Origin: Candidatus Poribacteria bacterium
Lineage (GTDB): Bacteria > Poribacteria > WGA-4E > WGA-3G
NCBI GenBank assembly: GCA_965207855.1
Contig: OZ242310.1
Span: 1,656,686 to 1,720,685, forward strand
Direction of reading: 5' to 3'
Length of the DNA stretch: 64,000 bases
A program made the translations under genes and the position numbers. Within the stretch, counting starts at the first letter, position 1. Every line of letters starts with the position of its first letter. The notes under the pieces are model-generated. The model searched no databases. It saw only the letters and a program-made list of their open reading frames with translations, and had not been told where the DNA came from. Of the stretch, positions 9,989-18,306 are shown in pieces.

Positions 9989-11125
9989 ATGGAACTCAAC
10001 CTTGCTACTCTCCAATCCTACTTGCGTAGACGAGGGACAGAGATCGGTGTCTTTGAATCTGACACGGAGTTCCACATAGAAGAGATTGGTGATGGGAACC
10101 TTAACACAGTCTATCGCGTCTCGGATACGACGCACTCAGAACGTTCGTTCGTCTTAAAACATGCCCCACCCTACATTAAGATATTGGGGCCCGATTACCC
10201 ATTGTCTACCAAACGTTTGGCTTATGAATCCCGCGCACTGGATGTTTACAATCGGTTGATGAGTGGGGCTGTGCCGGTGCAATACAGCTTTGATGCAGAT
10301 ATGGCGGTCATAGCCATGGAGGACCTCCGAGACGCACGCGTGCTACGAGATGATCTGATTGCTGGCATAGTGGACATCGCAATTCCCGAACAGGTTGGGC
10401 GGTTTATGGCGGTTGTGCATAGTCAGACGTATGTTGATAACCTTGATAGTGAGACCGCGCAGCACCGTAAGCAGCAGTTTGCGAACACCACTATGCAGTC
10501 GATAACTGCCGATTATGTGTTCACCTTTCCCTATACTGAACACGAGACGAACTTCTGGACTCCCGGATTAGCGTCTGATGTTCAGCACTTGAAAATGGAT
10601 GCGGACTTTTTGCGGTGGGCAACGCATCTTAAACAGGTTTTTCTTACCGCACAGCAGGGCGTTACCCATGGTGACCTACATACAGGTAGCGTTCTGGTCC
10701 AAGACAACACAGCCAAAGTTATTGATGCCGAATTTGCTTTTTACGGTCCCGTTGGGTTTGACCTCGGATTATATTGGGCGAATTATCTGTTATCCTATTT
10801 TTCGCATCAAGGTGCCTTAGGCGTACAATCGGCACTTAAAGCGGCGATTGTGCAAACGTGGCATACCTATAGTGCTGAATTCAAAATGGTTAATGCTGAG
10901 TTGAAGGCGCAAATATTGCAGAATATCTTTCACGATGCAGTTGGGTTTGCCGGATTGGAAATTCTACGCCGTCTCATCGGTGCCGCGCATGTCAAAGATA
11001 TGGAAGGTATCGCTGATATATCCCGAAAACTGCGCGTAGAAAGCGCAGCACTTCAATTCGGAACGGTACTTGTCAAACAACATCGATCTATACATGATGT
11101 CGCAGCGGTCATAGCGATGCTTTAA
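9989..11125 (+). CDS. mtnK: S-methyl-5-thioribose kinase
   Basis: EIGDGNLNTVYRV and HGDLHTGSV motifs match the MTR-kinase branch of the APH-type kinases. Confidence 0.7.
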   Translation: MELNLATLQSYLRRRGTEIGVFESDTEFHIEEIGDGNLNTVYRVSDTTHSERSFVLKHAPPYIKILGPDYPLSTKRLAYESRALDVYNRLMSGAVPVQYSFDADMAVIAMEDLRDARVLRDDLIAGIVDIAIPEQVGRFMAVVHSQTYVDNLDSETAQHRKQQFANTTMQSITADYVFTFPYTEHETNFWTPGLASDVQHLKMDADFLRWATHLKQVFLTAQQGVTHGDLHTGSVLVQDNTAKVIDAEFAFYGPVGFDLGLYWANYLLSYFSHQGALGVQSALKAAIVQTWHTYSAEFKMVNAELKAQILQNIFHDAVGFAGLEILRRLIGAAHVKDMEGIADISRKLRVESAALQFGTVLVKQHRSIHDVAAVIAML

Positions 11126-11170
11126 AATAATTGCGTATGTATCGCGCAGCCTTCACAAGATAATGTATCT

Positions 11171-12040
11171 ATGAGAGATTACTACGAAATCCTCGGTGTA
11201 GACCGAAGAGCAACTCCAGAAGAGATTAAAAAAGCCTATCGCAAACTCGCTGTTCAGTACCATCCCGATAAAAATCCGGGTGACAAAGGGGCAGAAGAGA
11301 AGTTTAAGGAAGCATCGAATGCCTATTCAGTGCTCTCTGATCCAGAGAAGCGACGTGTCTATGATACACGCGGGCATGCTGGTGTGAACAATATGGGGTT
11401 TGAAGGTTATACGACGATGGATGACATCTTCGCCAACCTGAACCTTGACGATATTTTTGGGCGCGGTGGGTTTGGTGGATTCGGCGGGTTCGGCGATGCG
11501 TTTGGTGATGCGTTTGGACAACGCCGCACGACTGCTCCCACACGTGGACGCGACATCCGTATGAACATCAGTATTCCTTTCGCGGATGCCGTATTGGGTA
11601 GCAAGAAAGAGGTGACTGTCCGAGGCAAGCGGATCACCCTTACAATTCCACCAAGTATTGAGAATGGGAAAACCTTACGCATTCGTGGGCAGGGCGAATC
11701 TCTCGGTATTGGCACTTCTGGGGATCTCTTGGTAACGGTCTCTGTGCAGCCGCATCCGACGTTGACACGCGATGGTTTAGATCTACTGACAGACGTAAAA
11801 ATTTCTATGACGACCGCAGCATTAGGCGGTTCGGTTCGGGTGAAAACGCTGACTGATGATGTGGATTTAAAGATCGCACCGGGTGCGCAACCCGGACAGC
11901 AACTCCGTCTACGCGGACGGGGCGGGACGGATACCTCTGGACGGAAAGGAGATTTGCGGGTGCGATTGGTTGTAGAGATACCGAAGTCATTGTCTCGCAA
12001 GCAGCGGAATTTATTGAAGGAACTTGAGAAGACACTGTGA
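11171..12040 (+). CDS. cbpA: J-domain co-chaperone lacking the zinc-finger domain (CbpA / class II DnaJ-like)
   Basis: J domain DYYEILGV...YHPDKN, then a G/F-rich linker ([18 protein letters not shown]) and DnaJ C-terminal domains. No CxxCxGxG repeats. Confidence 0.8.
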   Translation: MRDYYEILGVDRRATPEEIKKAYRKLAVQYHPDKNPGDKGAEEKFKEASNAYSVLSDPEKRRVYDTRGHAGVNNMGFEGYTTMDDIFANLNLDDIFGRGGFGGFGGFGDAFGDAFGQRRTTAPTRGRDIRMNISIPFADAVLGSKKEVTVRGKRITLTIPPSIENGKTLRIRGQGESLGIGTSGDLLVTVSVQPHPTLTRDGLDLLTDVKISMTTAALGGSVRVKTLTDDVDLKIAPGAQPGQQLRLRGRGGTDTSGRKGDLRVRLVVEIPKSLSRKQRNLLKELEKTL

Positions 12041-12065
12041 TGTGAAAACCGCATGGAGTTTAGCA

Positions 12066-12407
12066 ATGGAACTGGAAAGTTACTTTGACTTTGTTCAAGA
12101 AGGGGTCATCCGGATTAAAGGGAATCGCATTGACATTGAGATTGTGCTGGAAGATTATCTGGCAGGCGCGAGTCCCGAAGAAATTCTGCTACGCTATCCC
12201 ACCTTAACCCTTGAAAAAATACACGCAACCATCCTCTATTATTTAGCGAAAAAAGAGGAAGTAGAGGCATATCTTGAACGCGTGAGACAATTTGAAGCGG
12301 AAGCCGAGCAGGAACAACTCCGGAATCCATCGCCTTTCGTGGTTGAATTGCGAGAGCGTTTTGCAAAGGTTTCTCAGGAACTACTTGAGGCGAAGAGTCC
12401 AACTTAA
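12066..12407 (+). CDS. DUF433 domain-containing protein
   Basis: IRIKGNRIDIEIVLEDYLAGASPEEILLRYPTLTLEKIHATILYY matches the DUF433 pattern. Start moved to ATG 12066. Confidence 0.55.
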   Translation: MELESYFDFVQEGVIRIKGNRIDIEIVLEDYLAGASPEEILLRYPTLTLEKIHATILYYLAKKEEVEAYLERVRQFEAEAEQEQLRNPSPFVVELRERFAKVSQELLEAKSPT

Positions 12408-12429
12408 GTGTAGGAAATCGAGGACTCTC

Positions 12430-12612
12430 ATGTGCGATAACCCCGTAAAAGACATCCAACAAGCTAAAGCGCGTCTCGTCATCCTATTTGGGGACTTAGA
12501 GACATATATGGAATTTCTAATGAAACAGCAAAAGAAACGTATGAAACAGGGCGTGAAATACGTCGATTACTCGGGCCATCGGAAGGAAAAGGCAGAGAAA
12601 CATCTAACTTAA
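12430..12612 (+). CDS. hypothetical small protein
   Basis: 60-codon ORF from ATG 12430, with AGGA-like sequence upstream. No recognisable motif. Confidence 0.25.
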   Translation: MCDNPVKDIQQAKARLVILFGDLETYMEFLMKQQKKRMKQGVKYVDYSGHRKEKAEKHLT

Positions 12613-12746
12613 TCTCGTATTTCAACTGTTAGCCACTCAATAACAAATGCTATCTTTCAGTGTTATCACTGATAACATCTTCTGGCGTTGAAGTGAGTGA
12701 CTTCACACATGCAATTTGGAGCATAGGAATAAAAAAGGAGAATTCA

Positions 12747-12989
12747 ATGGACATATCACCTGCATATCAAGAAATTGTTGATTTTATCGCAGCAGGGACG
12801 ACTCCTGAAAATATAATAGACTTTTGTCCATCCGAAGGTGCAAAGGAGCGTATTGCAGATCTCATCTATCGCGAGAAAACAACAGGTCTCACCTCGGAAG
12901 AAACAGCAGAACTCAATTATTGTTTGCAACTTGAACATCTGATGCGTCTTGCGAAATCTCGCGCCCGATACTATTTGAAAAATGAGTAA
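12747..12989 (+). CDS. hypothetical small protein (antitoxin-like helical protein)
   Basis: AAGGAG lies 7 nt upstream of ATG 12747. 80 aa, helical, with no adjacent partner toxin. Confidence 0.45.
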   Translation: MDISPAYQEIVDFIAAGTTPENIIDFCPSEGAKERIADLIYREKTTGLTSEETAELNYCLQLEHLMRLAKSRARYYLKNE

Positions 12990-13042
12990 AACTTAAATTT
13001 GCCCAATTTCGGCTATACCTAACTTAAAACTAAGGAGAACAA

Positions 13043-14230
13043 ATGATCTCATTATCACAACGGAGTCAAAGTGTAACCCCATCGTCGACTTTGGCAATCA
13101 CCGCAAAGATTAACGCCTTGATCGCCGATGGCGTAGATGTCGTCAAATTCGGGGCAGGCGAACCCGATTTTGACACACCCGATTATATCAAAGATGCCGC
13201 AGTCAAAGCACTCAGTGAAGGGTTTACGAAGTACACCCCTGTCCCCGGCACCCCCGAACTCCGGGAGGCAATCACGGAGAAATTCAAAAGGGACAATGGA
13301 CTGAGTTATGAGTCCTCCGAAGTCATCGTCTCATGCGGTGCAAAGCACACGATCTATAACATCTTTCAAGCCATCTGCGACCCAGGCGACGAGGTTATCT
13401 TCGCCGCACCCTATTGGGTAAGCTACCCAGAACAGGTTAAACTTGCAGGAGCAGTGCCAAGCGTCATTGAGACGACCCCCGCGCAGAACTTCTGCATGGC
13501 ACCCGATCAGGTTGAAGCCGCTATCACTCCAAAGACAAAGGCGATCCTCGTTAACAGTCCAAGCAACCCCACCGGTACGACCTACGATGTAGACACACTC
13601 AAAGCCATTGCTGAGATTGCCGTTAAACATCAGATTTACCTTATCTCCGATGAAATCTACGAGGCGTTGCTCTACGACGGGGCAACCCATCAGAGTCCGG
13701 CTGCCTTCAACGAAGAGATCAAGGCGATTACCTTTGTTGTCAACGGTGTGTCGAAAGCCTACTCCATGACAGGGTGGCGGATTGGGTATACCGCTGGTCC
13801 CGAAGACGCTGTCTCAGCGATGTCGCGTATCCAATCGCACAGCACTTCAAACCCGACATCCATTGCACAGAAAGCCGCACTGGTCGCACTCAATGAACCA
13901 CAAGACGCTGTTGAAGAGATGCGAAAAGCGTTTGAGGAACGCCGAGATGTCATCTGTCAGCGTTTTGATGGGATTGAGGGGGTCAGTTATGCCAGACCGC
14001 AAGGTGCCTTCTATATCTTCCCCGATTTTTCTGCCCACTACGGCAGAACACTTGGTGGGAACAAGATCGAAAATTCGATGGATATGACCGATTACCTGCT
14101 CAACTCGGCAGGTGTTGGGGTTGTCCCAGGGGACGGTTTCGGTGCTGACAATCATTTGCGCCTCTCCTTTGCGACTTCACTGACGGAGATTAATCGCGGG
14201 TTGGATCGCATCAAAAAGGCATTGCAGTAA
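13043..14230 (+). CDS. pyridoxal-phosphate-dependent aminotransferase (aspartate aminotransferase class I)
   Basis: PLP-lysine motif SKAYSMTGWRIGY and NSPSNPTG. Length 395 aa. Confidence 0.9.
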   Translation: MISLSQRSQSVTPSSTLAITAKINALIADGVDVVKFGAGEPDFDTPDYIKDAAVKALSEGFTKYTPVPGTPELREAITEKFKRDNGLSYESSEVIVSCGAKHTIYNIFQAICDPGDEVIFAAPYWVSYPEQVKLAGAVPSVIETTPAQNFCMAPDQVEAAITPKTKAILVNSPSNPTGTTYDVDTLKAIAEIAVKHQIYLISDEIYEALLYDGATHQSPAAFNEEIKAITFVVNGVSKAYSMTGWRIGYTAGPEDAVSAMSRIQSHSTSNPTSIAQKAALVALNEPQDAVEEMRKAFEERRDVICQRFDGIEGVSYARPQGAFYIFPDFSAHYGRTLGGNKIENSMDMTDYLLNSAGVGVVPGDGFGADNHLRLSFATSLTEINRGLDRIKKALQ

Positions 14231-14263
14231 GTGAGTGCTGTATTAAGTTTGAGTTTATGGGGA

Positions 14264-14297
14264 GTAGGTTGGGTGGAGCGCGAGCGAAACCCAACAT
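14264..14297 (+). repeat. GTAGG-headed hairpin (REP-like family)
   Basis: GTAG GTTGGGT ggagcgcgagcgaa ACCCAAC AT, directly after the aminotransferase stop. Confidence 0.5.
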
Positions 14298-14328
14298 AAT
14301 TCCCGACATCCGATGAAAAACAAAAAAC

Positions 14329-14357
14329 TTGACACCTGTCCGAAAGTATGATATAAT
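14329..14357 (+). promoter_or_regulatory. perfect-consensus sigma70-type promoter without an adjacent ORF
   Basis: TTGACA (14329-14334), a 17-nt spacer, then TATAAT (14352-14357). The next ORF starts 430 nt downstream. Confidence 0.55.
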
Positions 14358-14518
14358 TATACTACACTGGGGATAAGTTGGGCGTTAATCTTGGTAAGTT
14401 GACAATCGCTAAAATGTTACACTTTTGGCAAAATTGCTTTTTTTTACACAAGAGAAAATCGAAAATTAAACGTCAATGAACCCTTACAGGGACTGGGTTC
14501 TCTAACGTTATGTGCCAC

Positions 14519-14560
14519 ACACTAAAGGGTACACGGGTGTAACTTTAGTGTAACATTTTT
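14519..14560 (+). terminator. hairpin plus T-run, possible end of a short transcript
   Basis: ACACTAAAG (14519-14527) pairs with CTTTAGTGT (14543-14551), followed by aacaTTTTT. Confidence 0.35.
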
Positions 14561-14628
14561 AAGACGGGACGTTGAGAAATATCCCGTTAAGTTAAATGCA
14601 TATTCACGTCAGTTCTTGTAGGAGAGGT

Positions 14629-14652
14629 TTTCAACCCCGATAACAAAACCCT
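14629..14652 (+). repeat. GTAGG-headed hairpin (REP-like family)
   Basis: GTAGG AGAGGTT ttc AACCCC GAT. Confidence 0.45.
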
Positions 14653-14788
14653 ATGAACGTCCAAAACCGAACCATCTTCTCAAATGACAACCTACCTGTC
14701 CTACGAGGTATTAACACCGATTGTACTCGCATAATTCATCGCGCCTCTTACATTAGATAGACGATCAAACGATAAAGGAGATACAATT

Positions 14789-16519
14789 GTGGCAGAACAG
14801 ACGACACCGAATCTCGTCTTCGTCATCACCGATGACCAAGGCTATGGCGATTTGGGATGCACCGGAAATCCCACTATCAATACACCCAATTTGGATGCAC
14901 TCGCCGACGAGAGTGTAAAACTACAGAACCTACACGTCGGACCCACTTGCTCCCCCACACGTGCGGGTATTATGACGGGACACTACTGCAACTCCACAGG
15001 CGTATGGCATACCATCGGTGGACGTTCGCTCCTCCGCAGCGACGAAGTCACGATGGCGGACATCTTCCGACGCAACGGCTATAAAACCGGTATGTTCGGT
15101 AAGTGGCACCTCGGCGATAACTACCCTTTCCGTCCGCACGACAGAGGCTTTGACGAGGCACTCTACCACGGCGGCGGCGGTATCAGTCAAACCCCGGACT
15201 ACTGGGGCAACGACTATTTTGACGATACCTATTTCCGCAACGGTTCCGAACAGCCGTTTGACGGTTACTGCACGGATGTCTGGTTTCAAGAGGCGATGGC
15301 GTTTATTGAGAGACAGGCGGATGACGCTCAGAATCGTCCGTTCTTCTGTTACCTCTCTACCAATGCTCCACACGGACCCTTCCGCGTCCCTGACGCTTAC
15401 GGCGAAGCCTACCGACGGAAAGGTGTAGAAGGCGAGCGTGCGAATTTCTGGGGTATGGTAACCAATATTGATGACAATATGGCGCGGCTACGGCATCATC
15501 TGCGGGTCTTAGGAATTGAGGAGAATACTATCCTTATCTTCATGACGGATAATGGATCTGCAATGGGGTGCGATTTGGATAGACAGCAGTTCGTCAGGGC
15601 GGGTTACAACGCCGGAATGCGCGGCAAAAAAGGATCGCCTTATGAAGGTGGACATCGCGTACCGCTCTTTATGCATTGGCCCGGTGGCGGTTTCAGTGAA
15701 AAGCACGAGGTACATGAGCTGACTGCAAACATCGACTTACTGCCCACACTGATAGACCTCTGTGATCTCGAAGTTTCCGCAAGCGCGAGTTTCCACGGTA
15801 AGAGTATTACCCCGTTGTTGAAAGGTGAAACCGAAACGTGGGAAGAACGGGTTATCGTCACGGATTCACAGCGCGTTGAGAACCCGATTAAGTGGAAAGA
15901 CAGCGCAACGATGTCGCAGCGGTGGCGGCTCATCAACGGCACTGAACTGTATGACATTCAAGAGGACCCTGGACAACGAAATGACATCGCCGATGAACAC
16001 CCAGAGGTTGTCGCAGAACTCCGCGAACATTATGAAGCGTGGTGGAAACTGGTTTCGGAACGGTTTGATGAGGACTGTCCCATCGTCATCGGAACGCAAA
16101 ACGAACCGGTTGCCTGCATCACGACGCACGATTGGCACGGGGAAGCACAGGCTTGGAATCACGGCATGATTCGCCGAGGGATGGAATGTAACGGATATTG
16201 GGCTATTGAGGTTCCTGAAGATGGGGAATACAGCTTTGAGTTACGACGGTGGCCCCTTGCCGAAGATAGAGCAATAACGGATGGCATACCCGGCGAACAC
16301 ATCGATCTTTACAACGGTGGCAAGGCTTTGGCATTAAAAACGGCACAAATCCGCATCGGGGAACAGACTGCAACGCAGGAAATTCCAGCAGATGCGAAAG
16401 GCGTAACATTTACGTTCCACCTGACTGCCGGTCAAACGCGCATGCATACCGAATTCGCTGACGAGACAGGTGAATTGGCAATCGGGGCGTATTATGTATA
16501 TGCGAAACGGGTCATCTGA
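14789..16519 (+). CDS. arylsulfatase (formylglycine-dependent sulfatase family)
   Basis: VFVITDDQGYGD metal site, CSPTRAG (CxPxR formylglycine motif), GKWHLG. GTG start with AAGGAG 9 nt upstream. No signal peptide. Confidence 0.88.
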   Translation: MAEQTTPNLVFVITDDQGYGDLGCTGNPTINTPNLDALADESVKLQNLHVGPTCSPTRAGIMTGHYCNSTGVWHTIGGRSLLRSDEVTMADIFRRNGYKTGMFGKWHLGDNYPFRPHDRGFDEALYHGGGGISQTPDYWGNDYFDDTYFRNGSEQPFDGYCTDVWFQEAMAFIERQADDAQNRPFFCYLSTNAPHGPFRVPDAYGEAYRRKGVEGERANFWGMVTNIDDNMARLRHHLRVLGIEENTILIFMTDNGSAMGCDLDRQQFVRAGYNAGMRGKKGSPYEGGHRVPLFMHWPGGGFSEKHEVHELTANIDLLPTLIDLCDLEVSASASFHGKSITPLLKGETETWEERVIVTDSQRVENPIKWKDSATMSQRWRLINGTELYDIQEDPGQRNDIADEHPEVVAELREHYEAWWKLVSERFDEDCPIVIGTQNEPVACITTHDWHGEAQAWNHGMIRRGMECNGYWAIEVPEDGEYSFELRRWPLAEDRAITDGIPGEHIDLYNGGKALALKTAQIRIGEQTATQEIPADAKGVTFTFHLTAGQTRMHTEFADETGELAIGAYYVYAKRVI

Positions 16520-16525
16520 AATTAG

Positions 16526-16620
16526 GTAGGACTTACGCATTTCCTTGGTAGGTGTGGTTTCCTAACCGCACCGATCGCGTGATAAATAGCGGAATTCCGT
16601 AATTTTGCGTAAGTCCTGAT
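16526..16620 (+). repeat. outer GTAGG-headed hairpin enclosing a second copy (nested REP-like elements)
   Basis: GTAGG ACTTACGCA (16526-16539) ... TGCGTAAGT CCTGAT (16606-16620). The loop contains the inner element at 16548-16575. Confidence 0.55.
16548..16575 (+). repeat. GTAGG-headed hairpin (REP-like family)
   Basis: GTAG GTGTGGTT tcct AACCGCAC CGAT. Confidence 0.55.
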
Positions 16621-17117
16621 TACGGAAGGGACGAATCGGTACAAGCGGCGGTTGCAGCGGAAAATAGATGCGCTAATTCATCTATTGACACACCGAGGCT
16701 CTCTTCAAGGTCTTTCTGCGTTAACCCAAGCTGCTTGACACCGAGGCTCTCTTCAAAGCTTTCTTGCGTTAACCCGAACTCGCAGTATCCCTGAACAACC
16801 ATTTCCAGATACCATTTTGCGGGAGGTTCTGAGTCTGCATCCCCTTGCGCCATTCGGTAAAACATGACATCGTCTTGGTAATATTTACCGTAGTAGTCTG
16901 GGTAACCTTCATAGCGGTCAAGTGCCTCTTCGTGTGCCTCTGTAATTTGCCAGAGTCCACCGTGGACTGAGCATCCCGCTGTCGGAATAATATCGGCGTG
17001 ATAGTTAAAGACGAGGCGAAAGCCTTCAAGTCTTAATTTCCCTATAGCAGCAATACCCGGACAGCATTGTTGCATGTGATCGTGGTTCATATTCGACCCG
17101 TAAGCGAAATATTTCAT
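16620..17117 (-). CDS. gamma-glutamylcyclotransferase (AIG2/GGACT-like) family protein
   Basis: Start moved to MKYFAYGSNM, the canonical YGSL/YGSN motif of the family. The C-terminus carries a 16-aa tandem duplication. Confidence 0.7.
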   Translation of the reverse strand: MKYFAYGSNMNHDHMQQCCPGIAAIGKLRLEGFRLVFNYHADIIPTAGCSVHGGLWQITEAHEEALDRYEGYPDYYGKYYQDDVMFYRMAQGDADSEPPAKWYLEMVVQGYCEFGLTQESFEESLGVKQLGLTQKDLEESLGVSIDELAHLFSAATAACTDSSLP

Positions 17118-17182
17118 CGACCGGTTCCTTAATCCTAAAGAGAGGTCTCCGCGCCAGATAAAGCGTGGAGACCTCAAAATCG

Positions 17183-17929
17183 TTACCGCGCCTTCAAGGC
17201 ACCCCAGAGGACGGGAAGTTTATCCAACGGTTCCACAGCAAAAGAGGTGTGATAAATGCCGTCATTCATAATCCCCTGAACTTCGTCTTCGGTGAGGGCA
17301 TCGTTAAAAAGTCCAACCTCGTCCATAATAACGGCAGAGAGGAAGCCAGTTCCTCTATCAGTGGCGAGCCATGCGGTCTGATCTTGGTCTTGAAGTTCAA
17401 ACTTTGGGACCTTTTGTGAGACTTGCTCTTCGCCATCAATATAGATATTACAAGTTTCTCCATCATAGACATTGGCGACATGATACCAAGTACCTGCCTT
17501 AACGGTCACGCCGCTGGCGACATCCCAAGTGTTAGTCCAACTACGCATGAGATTTCCACCGTTTTTGTAAGGCACATAGCGGTTGTTGCTCTGATCCCAT
17601 ATAGAGAAGTAGTTCTGCTGACCACCGATGTCAGTAAACTGCAGCCAGAGGATGAAAGTCACCTTATCTTCAATAATGCCTTGACCGAGCGGAATGGTAA
17701 CGGTTCCACCTTTCTTGATTTCAAGCGCACCATCGAACTTGCCTTTTTCCCATTTCCCTTGTGTAATCGTACCTTCACGTCCGTTTTCAGATGCGTCTTC
17801 AGCAACATCGCCTTTGCCTTCGTCCAGTAACCAGATACCGACAATTCTGTCTGGATCAATCTCGGCTTGGCTATAACTGACGACGAGACCCAACAGGAAT
17901 ATCGTACAGACGAATATATTCATTCTCAT
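17183..17929 (-). CDS. secreted LamG (concanavalin A-like lectin) domain protein
   Basis: Signal peptide MRMNIFVCTIFLLGLVVSYSQA, with AGGAG upstream. LamG-type core (WYHVANVYDG...IYIDGEE...DEVGLFNDALTEDEV). Paralog of 45027..45857. Confidence 0.7.
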   Translation of the reverse strand: MRMNIFVCTIFLLGLVVSYSQAEIDPDRIVGIWLLDEGKGDVAEDASENGREGTITQGKWEKGKFDGALEIKKGGTVTIPLGQGIIEDKVTFILWLQFTDIGGQQNYFSIWDQSNNRYVPYKNGGNLMRSWTNTWDVASGVTVKAGTWYHVANVYDGETCNIYIDGEEQVSQKVPKFELQDQDQTAWLATDRGTGFLSAVIMDEVGLFNDALTEDEVQGIMNDGIYHTSFAVEPLDKLPVLWGALKAR

Positions 17930-18082
17930 GGATTTGTGCTCCTTTTTGCTGTATGGAGAGGCACGACCATAAATCGTTCCTATCCGTGGAAATTGCAACC
18001 GGTTTGTTAGTTATATTGGACTTATTGATTATATTTGACGTTTAATTCCGAATTTCTGCTGACTCGTTCTCTCTGATTTAAT

Positions 18083-18111
18083 TTGACAAGGTACAGAAAT
18101 TAGAGTATACT
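18083..18111 (+). promoter_or_regulatory. promoter of tRNA-Leu(CAG)
   Basis: TTGACA (18083-18088), a 17-nt spacer, then TATACT (18106-18111), about 10 nt before the tRNA 5' end. Confidence 0.55.
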
Positions 18112-18120
18112 ATAATTGCT

Positions 18121-18205
18121 TGCCGGGATGCTGGAATTGGTAGACAGGCTAGGTTCAGGGTCTAGTGTGCATTACGCGCGTAAGGGTTCGAGCCCCTTTC
18201 CCGGC
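18121..18205 (+). tRNA. tRNA-Leu (anticodon CAG)
   Basis: Acceptor GCCGGGA/TCCCGGC, long variable arm, anticodon loop TTCAGGG, T-loop GGTTCGAGCC. No encoded CCA. Confidence 0.9.
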
Positions 18206-18306
18206 ATTTTCCAACAAACTGAGAAACTGAATTGTAACCCACTGCAACCTTCCTTACACTTTAGTTTGCATCGGCCTTTCTTTGCCAAGAGGGTATATAG
18301 AGAACA

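Noticed and set aside
11407-12066. 219-aa ORF on the minus strand with a [18 protein letters not shown] stretch.
   Set aside because: It lies entirely antisense to the well-supported J-protein gene. The low-complexity run is just the reverse complement of the G/F-rich linker codons, so it is a shadow ORF.
14360-14560. 6S RNA, or another known ncRNA class, behind the orphan consensus promoter. The same idea was considered for 8260-8560.
   Set aside because: I could not find the closing-stem / central-bubble arrangement of 6S RNA. I also found no conserved motifs of tmRNA, RNase P or SRP RNA. I kept it only as an unclassified candidate.
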